DNA of 64,000 nt from Candidatus Thorarchaeota archaeon (lineage in GTDB: Archaea; Asgardarchaeota; Thorarchaeia; Thorarchaeales; Thorarchaeaceae): assembly GCA_048884785.1 (NCBI GenBank), contig JBHLQM010000010.1, forward strand, positions 1-64,000. The letters run 5' to 3'. The notes under the pieces are model-generated. The model saw only the letters and a program-made list of their open reading frames with translations. It made no database searches and had not been told where the DNA came from. Below are positions 36,838 through 46,651 of this stretch, one piece after another (position 1 is the stretch's first letter; the number at the start of each line of letters is the position of its first letter). The position numbers and the translations under genes were made by a program.

Positions 36838-38418
36838 ATGGGACTGAGTGGGGTGCTACAGATGTCAATCATGAGACGACTAATTGGCGTCGTTGTGAAG
36901 AAGAGGATGAAGCTCATCAAGGAGATCATGGAGAATCCAATAGCATTGGCTGACTCCACACTGATGTCCACACTAAAGGCGAACCGGGACACTGTCTTTG
37001 GGCGCCAGTTTGGCTTTGATACGATATCTTCACCCGACGAATATCGAGCGCGAGTCCCTTTGATGGACTCGACGAAGCAAAAGGAATACTGGGAGCAAAT
37101 CTACGCGAATCCGAATGGGAAGATACTCACAGCGGATCCCGTTGTTTGGTATGTTGAGAGCTCAGGGACCACAGGGAAGCCAAAGCGCTTACCGTTGACC
37201 AAGACAGGATTGAAGATGGTTGCCAAAGGCTCAATGCTCGGATTCATGGCCTTCATGGCGCAAGATCCAGAGAACACAAAACTGGTTGAGGGTGATATGG
37301 TCACTCTGGGTGCACCCGCTGTAATGGATCACATAAATGGTGTACCAGTCGGATATGCTACCGGTGTCTATTCAGAACATCAAAACCCAATCTTTGCAAG
37401 GCTCATGAAGCCTGGTGCGGCTGTGTATAACATCACAGACATGGATGAGAAGATGTGGACATACGCAAAATACCTTGTTGAGAATGATGCGACAGCCATT
37501 ATGGGAATCTCTACCCTGAATATGGCGTTAATCAGGAGACTCTCTGAACAATATGGTCCTGATCTCCTTGAAGAGTATAAGGGCACAAAGTATGAGAAGA
37601 AAATAAGGGACAATCTAAGAGAAGATGGTTCGCTTGATGTCGCGGGACTGTGTCCTAACATAAAGCTCTTTGTTGCAACAGGTATCAATACGGATCCATA
37701 CAAGAAATGGATTCGAAAGATGCTACCAAATGCCACGATATGGGAGATGTATGGAGGTTCTGAAGGATTTCACGGAACACAGTTGACCGAAGAACCTGAT
37801 GTCTACCTTACACCTCATCTAACATACTATGAATTCATACCGATTGAGGAGGTCGATAGTGAGAATCCGACAGTGATTCCTCTCTCAGAGGTAAAGGTCG
37901 GAGAAAGGTATGAGATGGTTATCAGCAATATTCAGGGATACTATCGATATCGGCTTGGAGACCTTGTGACATTCACCAGTGTTGAACCCTATGCGATTAG
38001 GGATATTGCACGAAAAGGGAATGTTGTGAATCTCTCAGGTGAAAAACTCAGTGAGGCGCATGTCCAGAATGCTATGGCATATGCATCAGAAGTGACGGAT
38101 ACACGAATAACTGATTATTCAGTAGTGGGAGAAACTGACGAGATAGCTGGGAGGGGCCATTATACTATTGCAGCACTTGTTAATGGCGAAATTGACTCCG
38201 AGGCTTTTGTAAAAGCCTTTGAAGAACATATCAAACGCAACAATGAGGAGTTTAGAATTGTTCGCGATATGGAAAGTCTTGGTCGTACACAGCTGCGGAT
38301 ATTAAGGCAGTCACCTGTAGAAGTCAGAGCCTCTGAATTTCATATACAATCAAAACCGGTTCCCTTGACAACAGACCTTTCAGTACTTCAACTCTGTGAA
38401 GCAGAGGCCGCAGCATGA
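36838..38418 (+). CDS. GH3-family (auxin-responsive GH3-like) acyl-adenylate/amido ligase
   Basis: SSGTTGKPK, YGGSEG, YYEFIP, YRYRLGD, GEKLSE. Confidence 0.85.
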   Translation: MGLSGVLQMSIMRRLIGVVVKKRMKLIKEIMENPIALADSTLMSTLKANRDTVFGRQFGFDTISSPDEYRARVPLMDSTKQKEYWEQIYANPNGKILTADPVVWYVESSGTTGKPKRLPLTKTGLKMVAKGSMLGFMAFMAQDPENTKLVEGDMVTLGAPAVMDHINGVPVGYATGVYSEHQNPIFARLMKPGAAVYNITDMDEKMWTYAKYLVENDATAIMGISTLNMALIRRLSEQYGPDLLEEYKGTKYEKKIRDNLREDGSLDVAGLCPNIKLFVATGINTDPYKKWIRKMLPNATIWEMYGGSEGFHGTQLTEEPDVYLTPHLTYYEFIPIEEVDSENPTVIPLSEVKVGERYEMVISNIQGYYRYRLGDLVTFTSVEPYAIRDIARKGNVVNLSGEKLSEAHVQNAMAYASEVTDTRITDYSVVGETDEIAGRGHYTIAALVNGEIDSEAFVKAFEEHIKRNNEEFRIVRDMESLGRTQLRILRQSPVEVRASEFHIQSKPVPLTTDLSVLQLCEAEAAA

Positions 38419-38470
38419 AACACCTGGACTCACTGAATTAGCACTCAATGAGTTTTAAAAAATACTTGAA

Positions 38471-38508
38471 CGTCAAGGCTGGATCGAAGCCTTGACGCAT
38501 TCTTTTTT
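38471..38508. terminator. Stem-loop terminator between convergent genes
   Basis: CGTCAAGGCT-7nt-AGCCTTGACG followed by a T tract. Confidence 0.7.
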
Positions 38509-38509
38509 C

Positions 38510-39187
38510 CTACGCATAAATTTCCTGCGAGGGAGGGGGTTCTGCTTTGACTACCTTCTTCCATGGATTTGCGACAGCCAATACAATCAGAACTGTACCA
38601 ACTACTGTTGCAGTATCTGCTATGAAAGCAAGGCCAAGAGCCATTAGTGATACCTTTGATAACTGACTGAAAGCCATGAATGCCATAGCAATCAGGATAA
38701 GCCCACTGCGAACTTCCTTCAGTCGATTCGTTTTATAGGTAACAGCAAATGTAAATATCATTCCAAACATCACTACCATCATTATTGGTAGCACCATGAC
38801 CATAATCATTGATGCTGACGTTCCGATTATTGTGGCGATTGTCCAGTATGCAATCAATATTGCAAGCAAGTACTTGAAGTACTTACTAAACTTGGACACC
38901 CAGATATGCAAAATGATAGTGAGGAATGGGAATACAGATCCTCCAATCACAAATGTCCGCATTTTGAATACTTCCAAGGTGTCCGGAAGAATCCCTGCAT
39001 TCATTGATGATAGCATGAACATGTTAACACCTTGAAGTATAAAGGAGAATGCGAACACTAATGGCAGGTCTGTCAACAAACGAGTGGATTGCTTATACCA
39101 AATGTGTGCCAGGTAGATTCCACCAATAATGGAGATTATACCGGCGAGTATACCAGACCAATAGGTCAATTCGATTACAAGTTGCAT
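38510..39187 (-). CDS. 7-TM membrane protein
   Basis: Seven hydrophobic segments in 225 aa. Confidence 0.7.
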   Translation of the reverse strand: MQLVIELTYWSGILAGIISIIGGIYLAHIWYKQSTRLLTDLPLVFAFSFILQGVNMFMLSSMNAGILPDTLEVFKMRTFVIGGSVFPFLTIILHIWVSKFSKYFKYLLAILIAYWTIATIIGTSASMIMVMVLPIMMVVMFGMIFTFAVTYKTNRLKEVRSGLILIAMAFMAFSQLSKVSLMALGLAFIADTATVVGTVLIVLAVANPWKKVVKAEPPPSQEIYA

Positions 39188-39191
39188 TTTA

Positions 39192-40169
39192 TTAGTTCTC
39201 TCCTTTAGTTTGATTATTCTCCTTGTTCCCCATTGTGGCTGAAAGATAGCCTTTCACTCTCGTACCTAGTGTTTCTGCTTGCTCCACTCTATACTTTGAT
39301 GAAAATGCGAAATAGAAAGACATCATTCCAAAAAAGATCAGCATAGAGATTAAGAGGAAAATTGGGTCATTAAACACGAAATCAGGTCCTTGTGTTGAAG
39401 CATCCGGCCCGATTTTGAAATGCTCATTCAGGAAGTTAATCAGGGTATGGCATGTGATAGTTCCAATTAGTGTCTTGCCTCCTGAGAATTTTTCATAGAA
39501 GACACCCAGGAATGCACCAAGTATTCCTGATAGGAGAACCATTGATGCAAATTCAGTAAATGGTGCTCCATTTATCACGGGCCAGACTGCATGCCAAACA
39601 CCAAAAATCGCTGCCGAAAGAAGAATAGCCTTACCTACTGTAACTTTTGTTTTGAAAGTGTTCTGAAGCAGGCCTCTGAACAGACTTTCTTCAAAAACTG
39701 CATTTACAAAGAAGAATATGAATGCATACCAGAGAATGTTTGGTGTGACAATGGTAAGAGTCAGGTCATATGAAGGATTGAATAGAAAGGTGTAAACCAC
39801 TGAACCGATGATGTCAATGCAAAGATAGAAAGACACTCCCAATACTAGTCCGATGATTAGTTGTGCACGAAAGTGTGAATTCACAAGACCGAGCAATTTC
39901 TGCATAGATCCTCTATCATAGACTTTCCAAAGAACAAAAATCATGACCAAGAGAGGTCCTAGCTTTGATGGAAATATATTCAGCCATGTATCGCCCAAAC
40001 CTAATACAAAAACATCTACAAGTCGCCAAATCAAGGCGATGGTGAACATTGCCGCTGCGAGAGGCCACAGATGGATAAATGCCCGTTCTGAGGATTTTTC
40101 CTCAGATTGCTTTACTTCTTCAACTACGATTGTCATTGGAGTATGCTCCTTCCTAGAATCTTCGAGCAT
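39192..40169 (-). CDS. CPBP/Abi (CAAX protease-like) intramembrane glutamic endopeptidase
   Basis: FEESLFRG, FGVWH and CHTLIN motifs. Confidence 0.88.
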   Translation of the reverse strand: MLEDSRKEHTPMTIVVEEVKQSEEKSSERAFIHLWPLAAAMFTIALIWRLVDVFVLGLGDTWLNIFPSKLGPLLVMIFVLWKVYDRGSMQKLLGLVNSHFRAQLIIGLVLGVSFYLCIDIIGSVVYTFLFNPSYDLTLTIVTPNILWYAFIFFFVNAVFEESLFRGLLQNTFKTKVTVGKAILLSAAIFGVWHAVWPVINGAPFTEFASMVLLSGILGAFLGVFYEKFSGGKTLIGTITCHTLINFLNEHFKIGPDASTQGPDFVFNDPIFLLISMLIFFGMMSFYFAFSSKYRVEQAETLGTRVKGYLSATMGNKENNQTKGEN

Positions 40170-40262
40170 CGTAGTGTATATGACTACTCAATTTAAAGTC
40201 AGAAGCAATTCCGATTTCATATGGCTTCAAGATTTCATAGAGAATTCAGGAAGGCATTTTCT

Positions 40263-40718
40263 TCAAGACCACTTTCCAAGCATTATTGCATCAACAAACA
40301 TCTCAAGCAGAGGCCCTTCCTTTGGATATGTTACAGGCGCAAGCGTTCGAGTCCCATTCTTGAATGTTACAGATATGTCTCTCTCAGAGCAAACAATGAG
40401 GGCGGCTTTTACAGCAAGACGATTCCATGATGTCACATCCAAGGTACCTGGTTTAAGAGTAGATACTAGAAGATCAGTAAACCGATGATAGGAATCATTG
40501 GTTAGTGCACTTGCCATCAACTGGACTAATTCCAGCCGCCGTTCCTGACTGGCAGATTCCCACTCTAGTATGAGCTCGTTGGCTCTATCCCCGTCATCAC
40601 TCATTGGTCCGCACTCCATTACACACAATTGGATTTTAATCATGTGCTCATGTTGTTCTACGAACGTGGATTCAAGAGATTCAATATAGCCGGAGGTTTT
40701 CTGACCGAAAATAGGCAC
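40263..40718 (-). CDS. Hypothetical protein
   Basis: ORF directly downstream of trpS; the real start may be ATG 40604. Confidence 0.5.
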   Translation of the reverse strand: MPIFGQKTSGYIESLESTFVEQHEHMIKIQLCVMECGPMSDDGDRANELILEWESASQERRLELVQLMASALTNDSYHRFTDLLVSTLKPGTLDVTSWNRLAVKAALIVCSERDISVTFKNGTRTLAPVTYPKEGPLLEMFVDAIMLGKWS

Positions 40719-41867
40719 TCATCTTTTGAGGTCTTCTCGAAGCCTACTGGCTGAGAATTCATGGAGTCGCTCCTTTGCCTCCTCGCGTTTCTCTTGATGT
40801 TTCTCTAGAAACTCCATTACACGAGGTGCAAGAATCTGCTTGCATTCGCCGCAGAGAATCTCCCCAGATCTGCACTTCTTTTCAAGATCAGCAAGTTCTT
40901 TGTCATCAGGCATGAAGAGCATGTGATAATACTTGAAGACCGAACATATTTCTGGATTTGCACCCTTCTCTCTCTGCTCCTCCGCAGTTTCTCGACCTCC
41001 TGTGAATGCAGCCATCACCTTCTTACGAGCCTGCTTGGGTGTATCAGTAGTATAGATTGCTGACATCGGATTTGAGGATGACATCTTGCCGCCTTCCTGC
41101 AAACCTGGAAGAAACTTGTTTTGTATCGATGCCGGCTTATAGTATCCTAGTTTCTCTGCAACATCACGCGTTACTCTCCAGTGAGGGTCCTGATCTATTG
41201 CACAAGGGATGATACAGGGAGTCTTGGTTCCGTATAGCCATGAATGTAAAAACGCTGGAACAGCCTGCATTGATGGGTAGAATATCCCACCAATATTCAT
41301 GCTGTTCTCAAATCCGAACACAGCCCTAGCTGTTGAGAATGTCACTTTCTTTGCGACTTGGACAGCAAGTTCATACATTAGGTCGATGTGCTCGATATCT
41401 TGAAGTATGAATGTGTTCTCTGGTTCAAATCCAACTGCGATGACATCAATTGCATTTTGATAGGTAAGGCGCTTCACATCGTCGAATGTCAAATCCTGTT
41501 CAAACCAGAACTTCTCGTCATTTGTCAGCTGGAAGTATAGACGTGTATCGAATTTCTCCTGCCACCATTTGGTGAATATCCAAGGAACAAGATGACCAAT
41601 GTGGACATCGCCACTCGGACCTCTTCCAGTGTAAATAATGAATTTGTTCTTCTTATCATATTCATTCAGAATCCAATCAAGGTCTCTGTGAGAGAAGAAT
41701 AGTTCACGCTCTAGCATTACATGTTTTTCTCCAGTGATCTTGTAGATCCTTTTCCTGAGTTTCTCATCAATTCGTTGCGTACCAAACTCTTCGATGAGTC
41801 TGTCATAGTCGATCTTCCCCCGGACCTCCCAGGGAGTCACGACCATTTCCTCGTTGTCTTTAGACAT
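40719..41867 (-). CDS. trpS: Tryptophan--tRNA ligase (archaeal/eukaryotic type)
   Basis: VTPWEV, YTGRGPS, HIGH, IPCAIDQDPH, KMSSS, AFTGGR, CGECK. Confidence 0.97.
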   Translation of the reverse strand: MSKDNEEMVVTPWEVRGKIDYDRLIEEFGTQRIDEKLRKRIYKITGEKHVMLERELFFSHRDLDWILNEYDKKNKFIIYTGRGPSGDVHIGHLVPWIFTKWWQEKFDTRLYFQLTNDEKFWFEQDLTFDDVKRLTYQNAIDVIAVGFEPENTFILQDIEHIDLMYELAVQVAKKVTFSTARAVFGFENSMNIGGIFYPSMQAVPAFLHSWLYGTKTPCIIPCAIDQDPHWRVTRDVAEKLGYYKPASIQNKFLPGLQEGGKMSSSNPMSAIYTTDTPKQARKKVMAAFTGGRETAEEQREKGANPEICSVFKYYHMLFMPDDKELADLEKKCRSGEILCGECKQILAPRVMEFLEKHQEKREEAKERLHEFSASRLREDLKR

Positions 41868-42000
41868 TGGATATTCCTCTATTCATGTGGTAGCTCTGAA
41901 GCTCAAGAGGTGTAAACCAATTAAGCATGATGGTTGTTTTTGATTGTGTCAAGAATCATATCCAACATCTGTGACTAGCATCAAACCATTACTTAATTGA

Positions 42001-42323
42001 ATAAAATCTGGATACTTAACTGGAGAAGTAATAGCTCAACCTCTTGGGTTCCTTTCGCCTGGAGAGTATAATATTACAACAATAATTAGAGATGGAGTCA
42101 GGTATGTCGAATCTCTTCAACATCATATTAGTGCAGTTTCTCAATAGGTTCAGACGATTTATTTTTGCTCTCAATGATAATTAGTGTGGGAATCTTTGCG
42201 AGTGTCATCGTAATACTACCTCTGGATTACCTTCGAAGGAAAAGGAAGATTGAGAAGACCGATGAGATAGATAAAGAGAAGGAGGAAGAGTGGGATTTCG
42301 ATCTATCCGAGCTCCTAGAATAA
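42001..42323 (+). pseudogene. Frameshifted remnant of the C-terminus (Ig-like strand + TM + charged tail) of a NosD-type surface protein
   Basis: Frame from 42001 reads KSGYLTGEVIAQPLGFLSPGEYNITTIIRDG, colinear with RRGYLVWNKLETSLSTLSRGEHNFTLNVRDG in 44342..45526. After a frameshift: LFLLSMIISVGIFASVIVILPLDYLRRKRK...LLE*. No start codon. Confidence 0.65.
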
Positions 42324-42450
42324 GTAAAAGGAATATTGTTTATTGTGATGTTCATTTGTTTGACTTCGTGAAGAGTTAAATCCTTTCAGTTTGATTGCAA
42401 GATATCGAATTATTATTGGTCTGTGACCAACGATAGGGGGAAGAGAATCG

Positions 42451-44316
42451 ATGAGAGGATTTGTATTTGCTGCATTATCAGTGCTTTTTATTGCGGCGAT
42501 GGCTTCACCGCGAATCCCAATAGTAGTTACGGATAATGTTGAATCAGACCACATAGAAAGTATAGTTGAGTTTGAATACGCTCAGAGCTATACACCGATG
42601 GCTCCAATGAACATTTCCTCAAACAATGGTTTCGTGTCTTTAGGATGGAATGGGAGCGGAACTCAAGCGGATCCTTATACAATCGAGAATGTGGAAATTA
42701 CTGGGGAATATTTAGCGCTTGGAATTGCTAATACAACTGCACACTTTTCTATTCGAAATTGTAGTTTTAAATCTCAAACCCATCTCCTTGCAGAAGGGAT
42801 AATCCTGACTAATCTCACAGATGGTGAAATTAGCGGGTGTATATTTTCTTCATTTGATGAAGCAGTTGGTTTTAGCAACTCTCACAATACTAGTTTTTCA
42901 GGCAATATAGTACGCAATTGCTCAATAGGAGTAGGGGTTTGGATGTCATCAGGTTTAGAAATTTCACGAAATACAATTAGCAATTGCTCGACGGGCGGCT
43001 ATTTCTCATACATGATAGATTCTGTTATCACAGACAATATAGTCTTTGATATGTTCTTCAATGGATTTTCATGTAGCTTCGATGGGAATGGAACGGTCTT
43101 TTCAGACAATCTATTCTATGATATCAGTACAGACATCTGGATGATGCCAGCTATTGACATTGGTTTCGCATCCTTCTGGAGAATTGAACATAATACAGTT
43201 TACAACTCCTATGTGGGAATCAGCTCGATTTGGGGTGCATCCCACTGTGTAGTCAATTCTAACAATCTAACAAACAACAATGTAGGAATTGAAATTTCGA
43301 TGGCCAGTGATATGGAAGTTTCTGATAATATTGTCACCGGAGGTTATTCAGGAATTACATTGTATCAAAACGAAGCCATTGAAGTTGATAACAACACCAT
43401 AGATTCAACGAGTTTCAGGGGCATTGCAATATCTTGGTCAACGAATTGTATAGTAACATCAAATCACATTTACTCACATGGACTATACATTCAAGGAATG
43501 GCACCATCAGAGTATCTTCATACTGTTTCCGGAAATCTGAATGAAGATGGAAAGCAAGTGGGTTACTTTGTAGGTCATGTGAATGAAACCATTGATGCAA
43601 CAGAGTATTTCCAACTATACCTAATCAATTGCTTAAATGTAATTGTTGAGAATGGCCTCTTCAGAGATACCCAGATAGGAGTCGTCTTTGCATTCTCTGA
43701 CAGTTGTACACTTCAACACAGCAATATTACTGAGAATTCGATCTCAGGGATTGAGTTCTTCTACACAACGAACTCTGAGATTTCTGATTGTGGAATTACA
43801 GATAATGGGAACCTATGGGGCAGTTGCGGAATACAGCTCTTTTTCACGAACAATACGAGAATAACTAGAAATATGATTTATAGAAATAATGGAAGTGGTA
43901 TTGTACTCTACATGGGAGTTTCAAGCTTCTGCTTTATCTATAACAATTTGATTTCAAACAACACCGCCTATGGTATAGTGATTCATAGTGGAAGCAACCA
44001 GAACACAATCTATGGGAATGCAATAGGTTGGAATGACGAAGGCAACGCATTGGATGATGGAGGAAATAATAAATGGGATGATGGCGTTTCGAGTGGTAAT
44101 TGGTGGAGTGACTACAATGGCACGGGAGTCTATGAGATTGATGGCTCCGCTAACTCAGTTGACAACTATCCGCTTCAATTTGAATCATGGACTGCAAAGC
44201 TTCCCATCGAAGACTCTACAGAACTGGGCATTGAGATTATCCTTGTATCCATCGGATTAGTAGGAATAGTCATTGTGATTTCGTTAATTATCCTAAAGCG
44301 TAGAAATGTAGCATAG
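42451..44316 (+). CDS. NosD-like right-handed parallel beta-helix surface protein
   Basis: GSGTQADPYTIEN, repeated N.I..N...GI units, GNWWSDYNG, D.YP, C-terminal TM. Confidence 0.88.
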   Translation: MRGFVFAALSVLFIAAMASPRIPIVVTDNVESDHIESIVEFEYAQSYTPMAPMNISSNNGFVSLGWNGSGTQADPYTIENVEITGEYLALGIANTTAHFSIRNCSFKSQTHLLAEGIILTNLTDGEISGCIFSSFDEAVGFSNSHNTSFSGNIVRNCSIGVGVWMSSGLEISRNTISNCSTGGYFSYMIDSVITDNIVFDMFFNGFSCSFDGNGTVFSDNLFYDISTDIWMMPAIDIGFASFWRIEHNTVYNSYVGISSIWGASHCVVNSNNLTNNNVGIEISMASDMEVSDNIVTGGYSGITLYQNEAIEVDNNTIDSTSFRGIAISWSTNCIVTSNHIYSHGLYIQGMAPSEYLHTVSGNLNEDGKQVGYFVGHVNETIDATEYFQLYLINCLNVIVENGLFRDTQIGVVFAFSDSCTLQHSNITENSISGIEFFYTTNSEISDCGITDNGNLWGSCGIQLFFTNNTRITRNMIYRNNGSGIVLYMGVSSFCFIYNNLISNNTAYGIVIHSGSNQNTIYGNAIGWNDEGNALDDGGNNKWDDGVSSGNWWSDYNGTGVYEIDGSANSVDNYPLQFESWTAKLPIEDSTELGIEIILVSIGLVGIVIVISLIILKRRNVA

Positions 44317-44341
44317 CTGAATGTATTGTGAGAGGATTGAA

Positions 44342-45526
44342 ATGAAAAATCCGATACTCGTAGCATTTCTAATCCTCTTCACTCTCACTCCAATCGCTGC
44401 ACTAGGTCCATACTACATGACAGAAACATCCCTTGATAGAATTTCGAGTAACCAATACTTGGAGCACCTTCCAATATACATTGTAGATGACAATGACTTT
44501 TCGCTACTAGGTTTTGTCGGCTCTGGTACTGAGGCAGATCCGTACATTATTGAGAGATTTAATATATCAAATGCACCGAATGGAATTTCAATCAGTGGCA
44601 CGTCAGTATACTTTGTCATCCGCGATTGCATAATCTCAGGTACGGCATCATCGGGTGCTGGAATTAGGCTTGATAGTATTGGACATGGTCGTGTTGAAAG
44701 CTGTGTGATTCAGGGCGGACAGTTTGGAGTTGAACTCCAAAATTGTGACCATATAACTGTCGTGAATAACACAATTGTTGCTTCAGGAGATTATGGATTG
44801 CGTACAAGTAACGGAGAATTTGTGAATATAAGTTCCAACAGGTTATTCGCCAACGATATTGGAATTGGGGTTAGCAGCACAGACAATTCAACTATTAAAT
44901 CGAACTTGGTTTATACGAATTCCAGGATTGGTATAGAAATTGGACCCTACTCCATGTTTAATGAAATTTATTGGAATTCAATAGGATGGAACATAGGGCT
45001 CCTTAGCTTGACCGGGGAAAGAAATGCGGAAGACGATGGAGCTAACAATACATGGTATGAGAATCGATGGAGTGACCATCCACCTTTTGTTTCAGAATTA
45101 TATCATATATCTGGAGATGCTAATGCAATTGATGGACGTGCTATGACTCTTCATGATGATATTGAGCCTTTGTTGTATTCAGATGTGTCGGAAACAATAG
45201 TGCAGGGGAATACAAGCGCGTTCTTAACTTGGACATTTGTGGAGAATTTTCCATTTTCTTACGAGTTGTATCACGACGGAGCTTTAGTGAGGAGAGGATA
45301 TCTGGTATGGAATAAATTAGAAACCTCTCTTAGCACATTGTCTCGTGGAGAGCATAATTTCACACTAAATGTGCGTGATGGATATGGAAATTCAAATACC
45401 TCTACGAGGATATTGAATATATCGCAGCCAATAATTCTTGATTCCTATCTATTAGCTGGGTTGAGTCTTGGGTCGATACTCCTAGTATTTGTGATTTGGG
45501 AAAAGAAATTCCGCAAGTCTGTATAA
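44342..45526 (+). CDS. NosD-like beta-helix surface protein with C-terminal Ig-like domain and TM
   Basis: GSGTEADPYIIE, beta-helix repeats, NRWSD, C-terminal TM. Confidence 0.85.
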   Translation: MKNPILVAFLILFTLTPIAALGPYYMTETSLDRISSNQYLEHLPIYIVDDNDFSLLGFVGSGTEADPYIIERFNISNAPNGISISGTSVYFVIRDCIISGTASSGAGIRLDSIGHGRVESCVIQGGQFGVELQNCDHITVVNNTIVASGDYGLRTSNGEFVNISSNRLFANDIGIGVSSTDNSTIKSNLVYTNSRIGIEIGPYSMFNEIYWNSIGWNIGLLSLTGERNAEDDGANNTWYENRWSDHPPFVSELYHISGDANAIDGRAMTLHDDIEPLLYSDVSETIVQGNTSAFLTWTFVENFPFSYELYHDGALVRRGYLVWNKLETSLSTLSRGEHNFTLNVRDGYGNSNTSTRILNISQPIILDSYLLAGLSLGSILLVFVIWEKKFRKSV

Positions 45527-45757
45527 TTAGTCAATCTCTGATAACATCATCGAATGGAATAGATGAATTTGATTTTGTCACAAATTAAATACAAGCTCTG
45601 TGGCCACCAAAAGCTAGCTGGAATCAGAATAAATCGTTTGGAGAAGAAGCCATTGGTTTAAAGGAAAACTTAAGAAGAACACATTAAAGCCCAAGAGCTA
45701 CCCTAAAAAGGGTCTTTCTATGATTTTATCGAATTGTAATCCCAGCGGTGCGGAAAA

Positions 45758-46021
45758 ATGCGAATTGAAGATTATGAGTATGAGGAGGAAAAAACTCTCG
45801 CAAATCTCGCTCAACTTCTTGAGGAAATTGCTGAGCAGTTTAGAAATGGCAGGAAATTGGAGTTACCAATGCCAAGTTTGAAGGATGGGAAGATGGAACT
45901 CCCAATTGGTGAGCCAGTCGAAACTGGTATTGAAGTTGGGATACGCAAGCACTACATCCACGTGACGCTTGCCCTGTCTTGGCCACGACCAGAAAAGGAG
46001 GAAGCGGAAAATAGTGAGTGA
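45758..46021 (+). CDS. amphi-Trp domain protein
   Basis: LAQLLEEIAEQFRNG...IEV...LALSW pattern. Confidence 0.65.
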   Translation: MRIEDYEYEEEKTLANLAQLLEEIAEQFRNGRKLELPMPSLKDGKMELPIGEPVETGIEVGIRKHYIHVTLALSWPRPEKEEAENSE

Positions 46022-46640
46022 TGAGAAGGTTTTCAAGAGGGAACAAATGATTCAAGGCATAGTCAGTGTAATAGAGCTGCTGGAAACCGTGAGCTCATTT
46101 GTGGCAAAGCGATTATGTGAAGATTGTGAAACGGCGGAGGAAGAATGGGCAGAGAAAAAGAGCCAAATTCTGAAGCAGCTCAGGAATCTAATTGGAAAGT
46201 ATGATTTTGCACGATATCTCCCAAAAGATGAAAGCGGAATTTCTGCTCAAGCCATTCTGCATCAGTTAATCAAAATTCAATATACATTCTCACAAATAGT
46301 GGTCCTGATTGATATGATTCGTGGGGAACCATTTGGGGATGTATATCTTGACTCTATAACCTCCATATCCTCAAAAATGAATCAGCAGTTGGTTGCAATA
46401 AAGAACCTTGCTAAGGAAAGCATCTCAAACAAAGAAGCTGCAATTGTAGCACTTCGCGCAGTTGAACGTCTTGAGCGCGAAATAGATGAAGATAATATTG
46501 TTATCTGCAGACAGATTTCAGTAGCAAGTGTGGATGGCGAAACCGACTTTACTTGCTACATTATGCGAAAAATAGTAAGTGAAATGGAACACATCTCGGA
46601 TTATATCAAGGCAGCCGCTGAAATACTCGTGGATATCTGA
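46014..46640 (+). CDS. PhoU/DUF47-like helical-bundle protein
   Basis: VERLEREID and EHISDYIK motifs; likely GTG 46014. Confidence 0.6.
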   Translation: MSDEKVFKREQMIQGIVSVIELLETVSSFVAKRLCEDCETAEEEWAEKKSQILKQLRNLIGKYDFARYLPKDESGISAQAILHQLIKIQYTFSQIVVLIDMIRGEPFGDVYLDSITSISSKMNQQLVAIKNLAKESISNKEAAIVALRAVERLEREIDEDNIVICRQISVASVDGETDFTCYIMRKIVSEMEHISDYIKAAAEILVDI

Positions 46641-46651
46641 GGTGCTACGTC

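Noticed and set aside
38510-39187. 7-TM protein as a rhodopsin
   Set aside because: No retinal-binding Lys motif (DxxxK) in the seventh helix.
39943-40488. 181-aa plus-strand ORF and the many other antisense/alternate-frame ORFs in the track
   Set aside because: They overlap well-supported genes and have no recognisable motifs.
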